Shown here in pieces: positions 55,072 to 64,000 of a stretch of DNA of 64,000 bases (positions are counted from its first letter, which is position 1; each line of letters opens with the position of its first letter). Made by a program: the position numbers and the translations under genes. This DNA is from an uncultured Bacteroidales bacterium (GTDB lineage Bacteria; Bacteroidota; Bacteroidia; Bacteroidales; GCA-2748055). The notes beneath the pieces were generated by a model that was not told the DNA's origin, made no database searches, and was given only the letters and a program-made list of their open reading frames with translations. Location: contig CAVYRO010000008.1 in NCBI GenBank assembly GCA_963771005.1, forward strand, positions 762,102 through 826,101, given 5' to 3'.

Positions 55072-55414
55072 ATCCGGGAACTGGACGGGATCTGTGATCG
55101 TCTCACATACCCCACCCTACCCCGGGAACAGTCCGCGTTATTCCGACGAATGCCCTCATGTGGTGTACCTTCCCGAATATGATCTGTATTATCTCTTCGT
55201 CACACAGATGTACGGAAAGAACAGCCAGACCACGGTGTATGCCTCCCCCAACCCCATGTATTTTGGAATTGATGATGAACAGCGGAAGATCTGTACGCTG
55301 CCGGTAGCTGCTCCTGAAATAATAAAATACAATGGTAAGTATCTGATCTTTTGCCTGACGGATGAGCTTGACGGCATAAGGGTGGCCGAATTGAGGTGGG
55401 AACCGGCGCCGTGA
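55058..55414 (+). CDS. Small hypothetical protein, possibly a C-terminal fragment of a beta-propeller-type protein
   Basis: 118 aa, overlapping the previous gene by 14 nt. ...YLFVTQMYGKNSQTTVYASPNPMYFG...APEIIKYNGKYLIF...GIRVAELRWEP resembles the last blades of larger proteins. No N-terminal part is present. Confidence 0.35.
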   Translation: MKKNESGNWTGSVIVSHTPPYPGNSPRYSDECPHVVYLPEYDLYYLFVTQMYGKNSQTTVYASPNPMYFGIDDEQRKICTLPVAAPEIIKYNGKYLIFCLTDELDGIRVAELRWEPAP

Positions 55415-55545
55415 AATTGCGGAAACGGTAAACCCCTCAGGTTGAAACTCCGGCAATAATCCATTCTGAATTCTTGTACGGCGAATTATGTTGACCGGCG
55501 CCATGATTTTTAATAACTTTCCAAACAAAGCGACAAGTATTCATC

Positions 55546-55890
55546 ATGATCACCGGAGCGCACGTCATAATTTACAGTTCAAATCCCGCGGCTGACCGGA
55601 AATTTTTTAAAGACGTTTTGAAATTTCCGAATGTCGATGTTGGAGAAGGATGGCTTATTTTCGGTCTGCCCCCTTCGGAAATGGCCGTACATCCTTCGGA
55701 TGAGAACGGGACCCATGAATTTTACCTGGTTTGCAGCGATATCATTCAATTCCTTGAAGAAATGGCGGAAAATAATATCCTGTGCAGTCCGGTTGAGACC
55801 CAACCCTGGGGTCTTCTGTCTCACGTTACCCTGCCCGGGGGAGGCCGATTGGGAGTTTACGAGGCCAGGCATGAAAGACCGGGTGGTTGA
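55546..55890 (+). CDS. VOC/glyoxalase-bleomycin-resistance family protein
   Basis: 114 aa. The beta-alpha-beta-beta-beta pattern (ITGAHVIIYSSNPAADRKFFKDVLKF...FYLVCSDI...) is typical of small VOC proteins. Confidence 0.7.
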   Translation: MITGAHVIIYSSNPAADRKFFKDVLKFPNVDVGEGWLIFGLPPSEMAVHPSDENGTHEFYLVCSDIIQFLEEMAENNILCSPVETQPWGLLSHVTLPGGGRLGVYEARHERPGG

Positions 55891-56095
55891 TTATAAATCA
55901 TCTTAAGAAATATAATCTAGCCCGTTATACATTTCACCACCGGATTGTTTCTATGTAACGGACCTGAAATGAAGATCTGTTTTGAGCCTGAAGGTACCTT
56001 CAGGCCCTTGACATTTTTCCATACGGGTTGAGGAAACATATACCGCGAGCGGAAATATTGCCTATCTGAAATCTGTCGATAAAACTGGTATAAGA

Positions 56096-58246
56096 ATGAT
56101 TGTGCTGAACACCATGGAACTCAGTTTGCCATTGACGAACCCGGTATTAAAATTCCTGGTGATCCTGGTCATTATACTGACCACCCCGATCCTTCTGAAT
56201 AAACTCAAAATTCCGCATCTCCTGGGCCTCATCATTGCCGGCGCCATTGTAGGGCCCAATGGATTTAACCTTCTTTTACGCGACAGCAGCATCATATTAT
56301 CGGGTACAGCAGGATTATTGTACATCATGTTCCTTGCCGGCCTGGAGATCGACCTGGCAGATTTCAGGAAAAACAGCTCGAAAAGCCTGGTCTTTGGTCT
56401 CTATACTTTCCTGATCCCGATCACCCTCGGTACATTGACCGGAATTTACATCCTGAAATTCACGGTTCTCACTTCTGTACTGCTTGCCAGCATGTTCGCG
56501 TCGCATACCCTTATTGCATACCCGCTGCTCAGTAAACTGGGGGTATCCAAGAACCGTGCAGTGAATATCGCCGTCGGCGGAACGATGATCACCGACACGC
56601 TGGCACTCCTCGTGCTGGCAGTAATCGTAGGGATGGCAACAGGGGAAGTCAATTCAGCATTCTGGACGCGGCTTTCCGTTTCCATCCTGGTTTTCGGGTC
56701 GGTGATCCTGTTAATTTTCCCGGTCATAGGACGCTGGTTCCTGAAGCGGTACGAAGACAACGTCTCTCAATACATCTTTGTACTTGCTATGGTTTTTCTC
56801 GGGGCGGTTCTCGCGGAGGCTGCAGGCATCGAAGCCATCATCGGGGCATTTTTATCAGGACTCGCACTCAACCGGCTTATCCCTCACACTTCACCGTTGA
56901 TGAACCGGATCGACTTTGTAGGGAATGCCGTATTCATCCCATTTTTCCTTATCGGGGTGGGTATGCTGATCGATTACCGTGCCTTCTTCAATGATATTGA
57001 CACCATAAAAGTGGCTGCCGTAATGACTGCGATTGCCACCTTTGCAAAATTCACTGCAGCGTGGCTCACTCAAAAAACATTCAGGTTTTCAGCTGATGAA
57101 CGCCGGCTGATCTTTGGGCTGAGCAATGCACAGGCGGCGGCAACTCTTGCAGCCGTACTTGTAGGTTATAATGTGATCACCGGTGAGACGGCAACCGGGG
57201 AACCCATCCGTTTACTGAATGAAAGCATCCTGAACGGGACGATCATCATGATCCTTATTACCTGCACGATTGCTTCCTTTTCGGCACAGAAAGGAGGAAA
57301 GAATATCCTGTTGAAAGAATCGTCGGCTATCGAAACTGATGACGTGGAAAACACGGAAAGGATACTGATCCCGGTTAGCAATCCGGAAACACTCGGGGAA
57401 TTGATCAACTTAAGCGTAATCCTGAAGTCGAAAGAGAATAAGAAAGGCTTATACGCCCTCAACATCATAAACACCAATAAACAAGGAATTACTGATCCGG
57501 ATACTAAGGCGCAAAAAATACTTGAAAAAGCGGTGATCGCTGCTTCAGCCACGGATATCCAGCTGAATAAATTACTCCGATTCGATACCAATATCGTTAA
57601 TGGGATCAGCGCGGTGATCAGAGAGCAGAATATAACCGACCTGGTGATGGGTCTCCATGTAAAAAAAGGACTTTCCGAAACCTTTCTCGGTAAACTGACA
57701 GAAGGGATACTATCCAAATGCAATACGACCACTTTTGTTTACAAACCGGTTCAGCCCATTGCCACCATAAAAAAACATATCATCATCATTCCACGCAATG
57801 CGGAGAAAGAGATCGGTTTTCCGTTCTGGCTTTCAAAGGTCTGGAATATCCGGAAAAATACGGGTTCAAAACTGGTCTTTTATGCGAGTGAACCTACGAA
57901 CCATGTCATAAAAAAGATACAGGCAGATCATCCCATACCCGCTGAGTTCAGGGTCTTTGATGACTGGGATGACTTCCTTATTATTTCCCGGGATTTGAAG
58001 GCTGATGACAATCTCCTGATCGTACTAAGCAGGACACATAAGCCCTCTTATCATGAAAAAATGGCTAAGATCCCGATGTACCTGAATAAATATTTCCAAT
58101 CCAACAGTTTTATCCTGGTCTATCCCATGCAATTCGGCGTGACGGACACGGAGGCGATCGATCTTAACAATCCTTCCCTTCTTGAGCCCATTGAGAAGCT
58201 CGATGAATTCGGGAAAAATATTTCGAGGCTTTTCAAACGAAAATAG
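56096..58246 (+). CDS. CPA2-family cation:proton antiporter with C-terminal cytoplasmic (USP-like) regulatory region
   Basis: 716 aa, with ~12 predicted TM helices in the first ~400 aa (LLGLIIAGAIVGPNGFNLL, MFLAGLEIDL). A soluble tail of ~300 aa follows. Confidence 0.8.
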   Translation: MIVLNTMELSLPLTNPVLKFLVILVIILTTPILLNKLKIPHLLGLIIAGAIVGPNGFNLLLRDSSIILSGTAGLLYIMFLAGLEIDLADFRKNSSKSLVFGLYTFLIPITLGTLTGIYILKFTVLTSVLLASMFASHTLIAYPLLSKLGVSKNRAVNIAVGGTMITDTLALLVLAVIVGMATGEVNSAFWTRLSVSILVFGSVILLIFPVIGRWFLKRYEDNVSQYIFVLAMVFLGAVLAEAAGIEAIIGAFLSGLALNRLIPHTSPLMNRIDFVGNAVFIPFFLIGVGMLIDYRAFFNDIDTIKVAAVMTAIATFAKFTAAWLTQKTFRFSADERRLIFGLSNAQAAATLAAVLVGYNVITGETATGEPIRLLNESILNGTIIMILITCTIASFSAQKGGKNILLKESSAIETDDVENTERILIPVSNPETLGELINLSVILKSKENKKGLYALNIINTNKQGITDPDTKAQKILEKAVIAASATDIQLNKLLRFDTNIVNGISAVIREQNITDLVMGLHVKKGLSETFLGKLTEGILSKCNTTTFVYKPVQPIATIKKHIIIIPRNAEKEIGFPFWLSKVWNIRKNTGSKLVFYASEPTNHVIKKIQADHPIPAEFRVFDDWDDFLIISRDLKADDNLLIVLSRTHKPSYHEKMAKIPMYLNKYFQSNSFILVYPMQFGVTDTEAIDLNNPSLLEPIEKLDEFGKNISRLFKRK

Positions 58247-58325
58247 TTCAGCCGCGGAATGCAGGATTGCCAATTACCTGACTGGGAATGAACATCCAAA
58301 ACTATAACTAGAGTTTGCAAGAAAA

Positions 58326-58534
58326 CTCGACGGCCCTTCGGCTCCGCTCAGGGACCGGTGACTTCATTCAAGAGGGTTAAATTTTCGGATGGTGGTAAGG
58401 CAGGAAAAAGGGCCCTATGTATAAATTTAAAATTCAGTGACTTTCGCAAGAAGGCCCTTTTGCCTGCCTTACTACCATCCGAAAAGTTCTTCGTTCATCG
58501 AATTGACCGGTCCCTGAGCCGAAGGGTCATCGAG
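58326..58534. repeat. ~210-bp palindromic (hairpin) element, MITE/REP-like
   Basis: Inner arms: ttttcggatggtggtaaggcaggaaaaagggcc versus ggcccttttgcctgccttactaccatccgaaaa (31 of 33 complementary). Outer arms: ctcgacggcccttcggctccgctcagggaccggt versus accggtccctgagccgaagggtcatcgag. The central part between the arms is less symmetric. Confidence 0.85.
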
Positions 58535-58544
58535 CTCACTGATA

Positions 58545-59075
58545 CTAACTACAAGGTACCCCCCCGGAAAGGTCGATGCTTATCCTGCTGTGTAAGTCAT
58601 CCGAAAAATGTAAATCGGACAAGCTGATAGTTAAGGGGTCAATGCCTCTGAGCGGGGAGGCATTTATCATGAAACCGGTATCTGAAGCGGTGTAAATAAG
58701 CCTGATGATGCCTGCCGTATCGGTCAATAATGCGCCGAAGTAATCATAATCCTTCATGAAAATCATCATCCTCTGCTTTAATTCCATGCCAGGATCACTA
58801 GAATTTCCATTCGCAAAAAAATCAAGGATTAGCTTGTTTCGGGGAATGATACTGCTCAATATCTCACCATCCCTGATATGTTCCATTCTCCATTCTTCTA
58901 TATCTTTGATTTTGAGAGTGGCAATAGCGGTAAGTTCATTCTGTTTTTCGCTTATTATCTTTTTCTTTTGAGAGGAATAGAATAAAAAACCGCCCAGTCC
59001 GACAAGAAGAACGACAATCCAAATAACTGCTAAAAATTGCCATGGAATTCGTTCCTTCGAGGCCTTTGAAAGCAT
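58545..59075 (-). pseudogene. Truncated sensor protein: N-terminal TM helix plus part of a Cache/PAS-like extracytoplasmic domain, no transmitter domain
   Basis: 176 aa. WQFLAVIWIVVLLVGLGGFLFY, then a sensor-like region (DYDYFGALLTDTAGIIRLIY). The ORF ends 11 nt from the palindromic element. Neither a second TM nor any kinase motif follows. Confidence 0.4.
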
Positions 59076-59268
59076 AAGATTAAATATTTGTTCCGCGCCA
59101 CTCTAAATTAACAAATTGCAGGGGTGAATGTTATTAAAAGTTTATGAACCCGCACCTACGACAATGGGATACTTTCCATGGTTCACTGGTTCATTTTCCG
59201 GACGAACAGGAAAGGAAGAAAAGCCATCAATCGAAGATCCGGAATGAGCCTTTTTTTCAATGCTTATT

Positions 59269-60051
59269 TTATTTATGATCCGCATACCTCCACCAACCCA
59301 GTGTGCCGGCCATTCCAAGAATACTGGTCATAACAACGATTACATAACTTACGGGGGTAAGCCGGATACCTTCCGGAGCGGTTCCGAAAATACCCGGAAC
59401 CGACCAGGGGAAATAGGGTCCCAGCCCTATCAGTCCGGAGAAATTTGCCATGATAAGTGTAAGTATCACAATGCCCATGGGAAGAAGGATGCCTCCGCTG
59501 TAACTGGCGAAAAATGCCACAGGCGTACAAAGCAGGATCGAGAGAAGGCAAACAATGGAGAATGTATACAGGAAATGTGAAAAGACTTCGCCCGACCATC
59601 CGGTGATGCCTGCAAGACGGCCGAAAACCAGGCCCGCTACCAGGAAAACCACTGAAAGGATTATGCTCCACAGGCCGGACACGATCAGCTTGGAAATTAC
59701 GATGGATGACCGTGAAACCGGAAGGGCCAGGATGTCCTTCACGGTATGGTCGGTAAACTCCCGGCCGAAAACCCAGCTCGTGATGAACCCGTAACCGACC
59801 AGTCCCACCCCGGCTATGCCCTGTATTAGCAGGCTCATATAATTCTCCCATGATGCCTCTCCCATCTTAAGCAGGGTGGCCTTGGTGCCGAACATACCGA
59901 GTTTCGCGGCTGTCTCGGGATGTTGCATAACGAACATCATGAGCCCCATCATGAAGGCAACAAACGCAAAAAACAACATGGAGAGCCGGAACACTCCCGA
60001 CTTCCTTACTTTCAGGCTCTCTGCCCAAAAAGAAACCTGGAGATTTTTCAT
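59269..60051 (-). CDS. ABC-2-type transporter permease
   Basis: 260 aa with six hydrophobic segments. It has a 4-bp overlap with the upstream ATPase gene. Confidence 0.8.
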   Translation of the reverse strand: MKNLQVSFWAESLKVRKSGVFRLSMLFFAFVAFMMGLMMFVMQHPETAAKLGMFGTKATLLKMGEASWENYMSLLIQGIAGVGLVGYGFITSWVFGREFTDHTVKDILALPVSRSSIVISKLIVSGLWSIILSVVFLVAGLVFGRLAGITGWSGEVFSHFLYTFSIVCLLSILLCTPVAFFASYSGGILLPMGIVILTLIMANFSGLIGLGPYFPWSVPGIFGTAPEGIRLTPVSYVIVVMTSILGMAGTLGWWRYADHK

Positions 60052-60971
60052 GACTTTTCTCCTTCCGTTTTTATCGTTCGTAAGAAAAAAGTTTCAAGAT
60101 CTTCCTCAACAACATGCAACTGGGATGGCGGTATTTTATTTCTGACTAAAAATGTTGCAATGGTCTCTGGGTGATCAATGCTTTCCCTGTTATGGATCAC
60201 CAGTAAGTTGTCATGAGTCCTTTCTGCAGGAATGCCCTTTTCAAGCAATTTATTTGATGCCAGTACATTGTCCGCCGTATTGACTACCAGTCGTTTCTGG
60301 CAAAGCTTCTCGAGCTCTGCCGTATTCACTTCCCGAATCAATAGGCCATTGTGGATAATCCCGATCCGCGTGGCAAATTTGGAGATCTCGCCCAGGATAT
60401 GACTCGAAATGAAAACGGTCACGCCATGATTTTCCGCCAGGTCGCGGAGCATCTCCCGGATCTCGTATATCCCTGCAGGGTCGAGACCATTTGCCGGTTC
60501 GTCGAGGATCAGGATATCCGGGTTATGGATGATGGCTTTGGCAATTCCCAGTCGTTGGGCATTCCCCAGTGAAAGGTTCCCGGCTTTCCGGTTTGCGTAC
60601 CGGGTCAGTTTCATCTTTTCCATGACCCCCTGCACTGCGTTCCTGTCATCCACCAGCCTCAGCCGGCGGATCATCTCCAGGTTCTCCCTGACGGTAAGTC
60701 CGGGATAGGAATACGGCATTTCAACCATATAACCGGTATTTTTCCATAGCCCGGTGTTCGCGGGAGTGACTTTCTTTCCCCTGATAAAGGCCTCGCCCCT
60801 GTCGGGTGAAACCATTCCCAGCAGCATCCGGATCGTTGTCGTTTTCCCGGCACCGTTCAGCCCCAGGAATCCATAGATCTCACCCCGTCCAATTTCCAGG
60901 GAAACTTCCGAGACAGCCTTCACATCTTTGAATGATTTGGTCAGATTCTCTGTCCTGATGATGGCATCCAT
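60048..60971 (-). CDS. ABC transporter ATP-binding protein (ABC-2 exporter type)
   Basis: 307 aa. Walker A GLNGAGKTT, signature LSLGNAQR, Walker B ILILDEP. Confidence 0.9.
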   Translation of the reverse strand: MDAIIRTENLTKSFKDVKAVSEVSLEIGRGEIYGFLGLNGAGKTTTIRMLLGMVSPDRGEAFIRGKKVTPANTGLWKNTGYMVEMPYSYPGLTVRENLEMIRRLRLVDDRNAVQGVMEKMKLTRYANRKAGNLSLGNAQRLGIAKAIIHNPDILILDEPANGLDPAGIYEIREMLRDLAENHGVTVFISSHILGEISKFATRIGIIHNGLLIREVNTAELEKLCQKRLVVNTADNVLASNKLLEKGIPAERTHDNLLVIHNRESIDHPETIATFLVRNKIPPSQLHVVEEDLETFFLRTIKTEGEKS

Positions 60972-61192
60972 GAGTTGCTGTTTAATATTCAGACATCAGA
61001 TGTAAAATTGCGGCAGATTCTTTATCTCCTGAAGATAAACCTTTTCGAATCGGACAAAACAACCTCTGAAATGTTCCGTATTCCCTCACACCTCTCCGAC
61101 AGCCATTCCAGGAAATTGCCTGCTTTATTCTTGCTCAATGGTTAAAGGGACAAAACCGGATTCGAAGTGACAAAAAACTATTCCTGCCCGGA

Positions 61193-62266
61193 TTATTCCA
61201 TTTTAACCTGCCGGGGAAGTTCGAAATAAAATTCAGATCCCCTGCCCGGCTCGCTCTTCACTCCGATATGGCCTTCATGAATGTTCACAATTTTCTTTGC
61301 TATAGCAAGCCCCAGACCTGTACTTCCTTCACCGCCTGTGGGTTCCGTACTTGTTTTCTGGAAATACTGAAATAATTTATGCTGCTCTTCCGCAGGAATT
61401 CCCACACCCTCGTCAATTATCTCACTCCGGATGTTGTCTTCTGGTGTAACAGAAACCCTTACAATTATTCTGCTTTCCGGGTTGGAAAATTTTATGGCAT
61501 TGGTCAAGAGATTATCCACAACCTCACCCAGGTATTTATCATCAAAAGAGAATGACAAGGCAGGATCGTCTGCTTCAAGAAAGATTTTTATATGTTTTTT
61601 ATCAGCGAGCAGTTGATTCATATAAATCCGGTTGTTCAAAAAGTCAATGTAGTTATGCGATTTGAGTGAGAAATAGACATTGCCCGTTTCAATCTTTGAA
61701 ACATCCAGCAGGTCTTTTAGCAGTAAAAGGGCATTCTTACTCAATTCCCTGATATAACCCAATTTAAGAATAACACCCTCATCCAGCTTGTGCTTGTCTT
61801 CCGAGAGTAAAAGTTCGGAAAATGAATAAATGGTTGAGATAGGATTCCTTATATCGTGAGCGGCAATCCCGATAAACTTGTTTTTTTCCATATTAAGTGC
61901 CTGGAGACCTTCATTTATCAGTTTTATCTTCTTTTGCTGCATGATGATGTTATGCACGAGCAAGCCAATGACAAGGAATATGGATAACCGGACAAAGGCA
62001 TTCCAGAGTATTACAAAGGTATTTGGCTCTTCCCTGAAATAATAATCTGCCGAAAACCAAACTATAGAGGCAAAAAATGCGATCATTATTACGAGAACTT
62101 TCCCTGATTTCTCCGAGATGGAAATAAGTATCAACGGGAAAAGGTAGAACAGCGAAAATGAAATTTCGGAACCTGTTCTGAAGTCGACCAAGCCAATAAG
62201 AAGGATCAACGCCACGGAGACAGCCACGAGTGCAAATTTATGCTCCGTCAGTTTTTTCGTTTTCAT
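61193..62266 (-). CDS. Membrane-bound sensor histidine kinase (HisKA + HATPase_c)
   Basis: H-box IAAHDIRNPIS, N-box LLTNAIKFS, G-boxes DEGVGIP and GTGLGLAIAKKIV, with 4 N-terminal TM segments. The track start 62332 is GTG; ATG 62266 (MKTKKLTEHKF) is more likely. Confidence 0.85.
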   Translation of the reverse strand: MKTKKLTEHKFALVAVSVALILLIGLVDFRTGSEISFSLFYLFPLILISISEKSGKVLVIMIAFFASIVWFSADYYFREEPNTFVILWNAFVRLSIFLVIGLLVHNIIMQQKKIKLINEGLQALNMEKNKFIGIAAHDIRNPISTIYSFSELLLSEDKHKLDEGVILKLGYIRELSKNALLLLKDLLDVSKIETGNVYFSLKSHNYIDFLNNRIYMNQLLADKKHIKIFLEADDPALSFSFDDKYLGEVVDNLLTNAIKFSNPESRIIVRVSVTPEDNIRSEIIDEGVGIPAEEQHKLFQYFQKTSTEPTGGEGSTGLGLAIAKKIVNIHEGHIGVKSEPGRGSEFYFELPRQVKME

Positions 62267-62483
62267 AACCTGACTATTATCATTGTATTGTCTGCCATTG
62301 GACATAAAAAAAAAATTGAAAAGTCGATGCACCGGATGTACTGCCGGACTTTCAGGATAGCAGGCCTAAAGGGATGCATGACATCCTGTAAATTTATAGA
62401 ATTTATTTCACAGCAGGATTAAGGGGTAACAGGTAAAAAAAATAATATTGAGTGATACAAGCCTAAACTCCGGATCATGTAAT

Positions 62484-62594
62484 GTCAGAATCAGGATGGG
62501 CAGGATGAAAGGATTTACAGGATTGCTGCTTCACGGAAAAATGTTATTAACCCCCATCCTGCACATCCTGACATCCTGAAAATCCTGATTCAGA
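62484..62594. repeat. 'caggat' word-repeat hairpin; a related direct copy lies at 62745..62780
   Basis: gtcagaatcaggatgggcaggatgaaaggatttacaggatt faces cccatcctgcacatcctgacatcctgaaaatcctgattcagac. The string aatcaggatgggcagga recurs at 62748. Confidence 0.8.
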
Positions 62595-62831
62595 CGTTTT
62601 ACCGTTCCTTTAAGGAACCTCCCAAAATTCCGACCTGATTTTCATCTTTGTAAATCCTGGGTTTACCCCTTAATGTAAAAAACAAGAAAAAATCAGCGTA
62701 GGAGATTCAAAAATTTTTCATTTTAAGATTAAAAAAACAATGTCTAAATCAGGATGGGCAGGAATTTATGATTAATCCGGATATACCAATGACCTTGAGA
62801 TTTTGATCCGGGTACTAAGAAAATCCGGCAA

Positions 62832-64000
62832 TTATCTAACCGTTGTAATTGTAAAAATACTCCGCTCCTTCACCGTAGATTTAACAGAACCTTGTTCAAA
62901 ATCAGTTACTTCAGTTTGTATGCAATTTTCCGAACGGCTTGTCCTGAATTGATATACTTTTTTTGAAAAGACATCCTGTGACATACCTTTTAATGATATA
63001 TCCAGTTCTACATCCTGTTCTACCATACTGTACCCGATGATGGTAAAATCTTTCCGGTCTGCTGAGACAAAGGTCAGAATTTGTACATTACGAAGTGGTT
63101 CGCCATAGTTCCTGTAAGGATGATCCTCGCTGAGAGAGTACTCAATCCGGTAACCACTGCGAATGAATCCTGGTTTTACGAACCGGAAAAGTTGTCTGGC
63201 AGCATAAAATCGGGGCTTTGGCCTGTAAACCCATGCCAGCGTATCTGTCTTAAGTACCCCGTAATCACTCCATACCCCATCGTGTTTATGCAAATTATCA
63301 AAAGCATCCCAAATCAATCCGGCATTGTATCCTCCTTTCAGATAACTCATGATACGCCGGTTTGAACGCCAGGCAATTTCAAATTCAATGGTTTTTGACA
63401 CATCCAGGTCCCCATATTCAGTCATCCACAGGGATTTTGATTTATACGGGGTCGAATCGAGACTGTCTCTTAAATTCCGGAATACCGAGTTCCGGTCTAC
63501 CCAGGCAGGCGATAAATCCATTTCACCTCCATTTCCATAATTATGATTACAAAAAACGGCTATCTCATCCATCATAGTGGTGTCGTTCCATATTGGGACA
63601 AGCCGGTCATAATGAATGGCGGCATCATCGGTTACTGCAAGTCGAATACCGTCTAATCCGTGTACTTTCAGTTTGGCAATTATGGCTTTGATGGCCACAA
63701 CCATGTCTGCAGATATAATCATTGGACCTTCACGGGTACCATTGAGGTCGGTTTCATTAAACGGGGCAAAAAGATGAAATTCAAGCTTTTCTTTATTTCT
63801 GGCCCAATTCAGCATGGTCGCCACCATTTCGGCATAGCCATCAAAATCGGTCAGTCGTACGGGGTTAGCGGGGTCACAAAGCTCCGTTCTGACTTTGCCG
63901 CTAACATTAAAAAAAGGCTCAATCCCCTTTGAGTTCAGGTACCGGAATGTCTCCCAGGCATCCTTAAAATCAGGGCCGGAATAAACCTCATTCAGATATT
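62832..64000 (-). CDS. Clan GH-A (TIM-barrel) glycoside hydrolase with C-terminal beta-sandwich, GH30/GH5-like; the 5' end is off the window
   Basis: The frame stays open from 63827 to base 64000 (...YLNEVYSGPDFKDAWETFRYLNSKGIEPFFNVSGK...). Candidate acid/base is FNETD and candidate nucleophile LWMTEYGD. The family assignment is tentative. Confidence 0.6.
   Translation of the reverse strand, partial: YLNEVYSGPDFKDAWETFRYLNSKGIEPFFNVSGKVRTELCDPANPVRLTDFDGYAEMVATMLNWARNKEKLEFHLFAPFNETDLNGTREGPMIISADMVVAIKAIIAKLKVHGLDGIRLAVTDDAAIHYDRLVPIWNDTTMMDEIAVFCNHNYGNGGEMDLSPAWVDRNSVFRNLRDSLDSTPYKSKSLWMTEYGDLDVSKTIEFEIAWRSNRRIMSYLKGGYNAGLIWDAFDNLHKHDGVWSDYGVLKTDTLAWVYRPKPRFYAARQLFRFVKPGFIRSGYRIEYSLSEDHPYRNYGEPLRNVQILTFVSADRKDFTIIGYSMVEQDVELDISLKGMSQDVFSKKVYQFRTSRSENCIQTEVTDFEQGSVKSTVKERSIFTITTVR

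Noticed and set aside
58561-58567. The G7 run at the end of the truncated sensor ORF, as a reversible frameshift switch restoring a full-length kinase.
   Set aside because: I translated both alternative lengths by hand. G6 extends only ~30 codons into the palindromic element and G8 stops immediately. No kinase domain follows in any frame.

Overview
This is a 64-kb chromosomal window from a Bacteroidota genome. The evidence is two SusC/SusD pairs, T9SS C-terminal sorting domains, a DUF6377-type regulator, an ECF sigma/anti-sigma pair, and a TTTG/TAnnTTTG promoter upstream of hup. All function calls rest on motifs I recognise in the translated ORFs; no database search was possible.

Layout:
- 1-5 kb: housekeeping genes (htpG partial, class-III aminotransferase, LytTR response regulator, trmH, hup).
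- 5.2-6.0 kb and 23.3-24.1 kb: two unusual repeat complexes in inverted orientation. Each has a ~131-bp conserved 'head' followed by a long 10-bp tandem array.
- Between them (18 kb): a large exported protein, tRNA-Ser(UGA) in a long AT-rich noncoding stretch, a decayed Prc/Tsp peptidase gene, and PUL 1. PUL 1 comprises the DUF6377 regulator, a beta-helix GH with a T9SS tail, SusC/SusD, and a frameshifted GH97 just outside the right repeat.
- 26.3-31.3 kb: a visibly AT-rich island with a DUF433/DUF5615 toxin-antitoxin-like pair and a GT / carbamoyltransferase / epimerase cassette. An AraC-TM-TPR regulator lies next to it.
- 33.4-49.2 kb: PUL 2. It has ECF sigma, FecR, an STN-SusC and SusD, followed by a Tat-signal esterase and two Gfo/Idh/MocA oxidoreductases. 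An exported nitrilase-superfamily enzyme and a CehA/PHP-type metallohydrolase complete it. I recognise no classical glycoside hydrolase here.
- 49-64 kb: mixed accessory genes. These include an alpha/beta-hydrolase that has lost its Ser and His, a LuxR remnant, T9SS cargo, a cupin, a second CN-hydrolase, VOC and a CPA2 antiporter. An ABC-2 exporter, a histidine kinase and a partial clan GH-A hydrolase follow.

The signals least explained by gene annotation are noncoding:
- the head+decamer-array elements;
- an 11-copy 29-bp hairpin array between convergent genes;
- a triple 32-bp-spaced palindrome near the tRNA;
- a ~210-bp palindromic element abutting a truncated sensor gene;
- a family of short 'word' repeats in many intergenic regions.

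At least six genes look decayed. I see no CRISPR array, recombinase, transposase or recognisable defence system.
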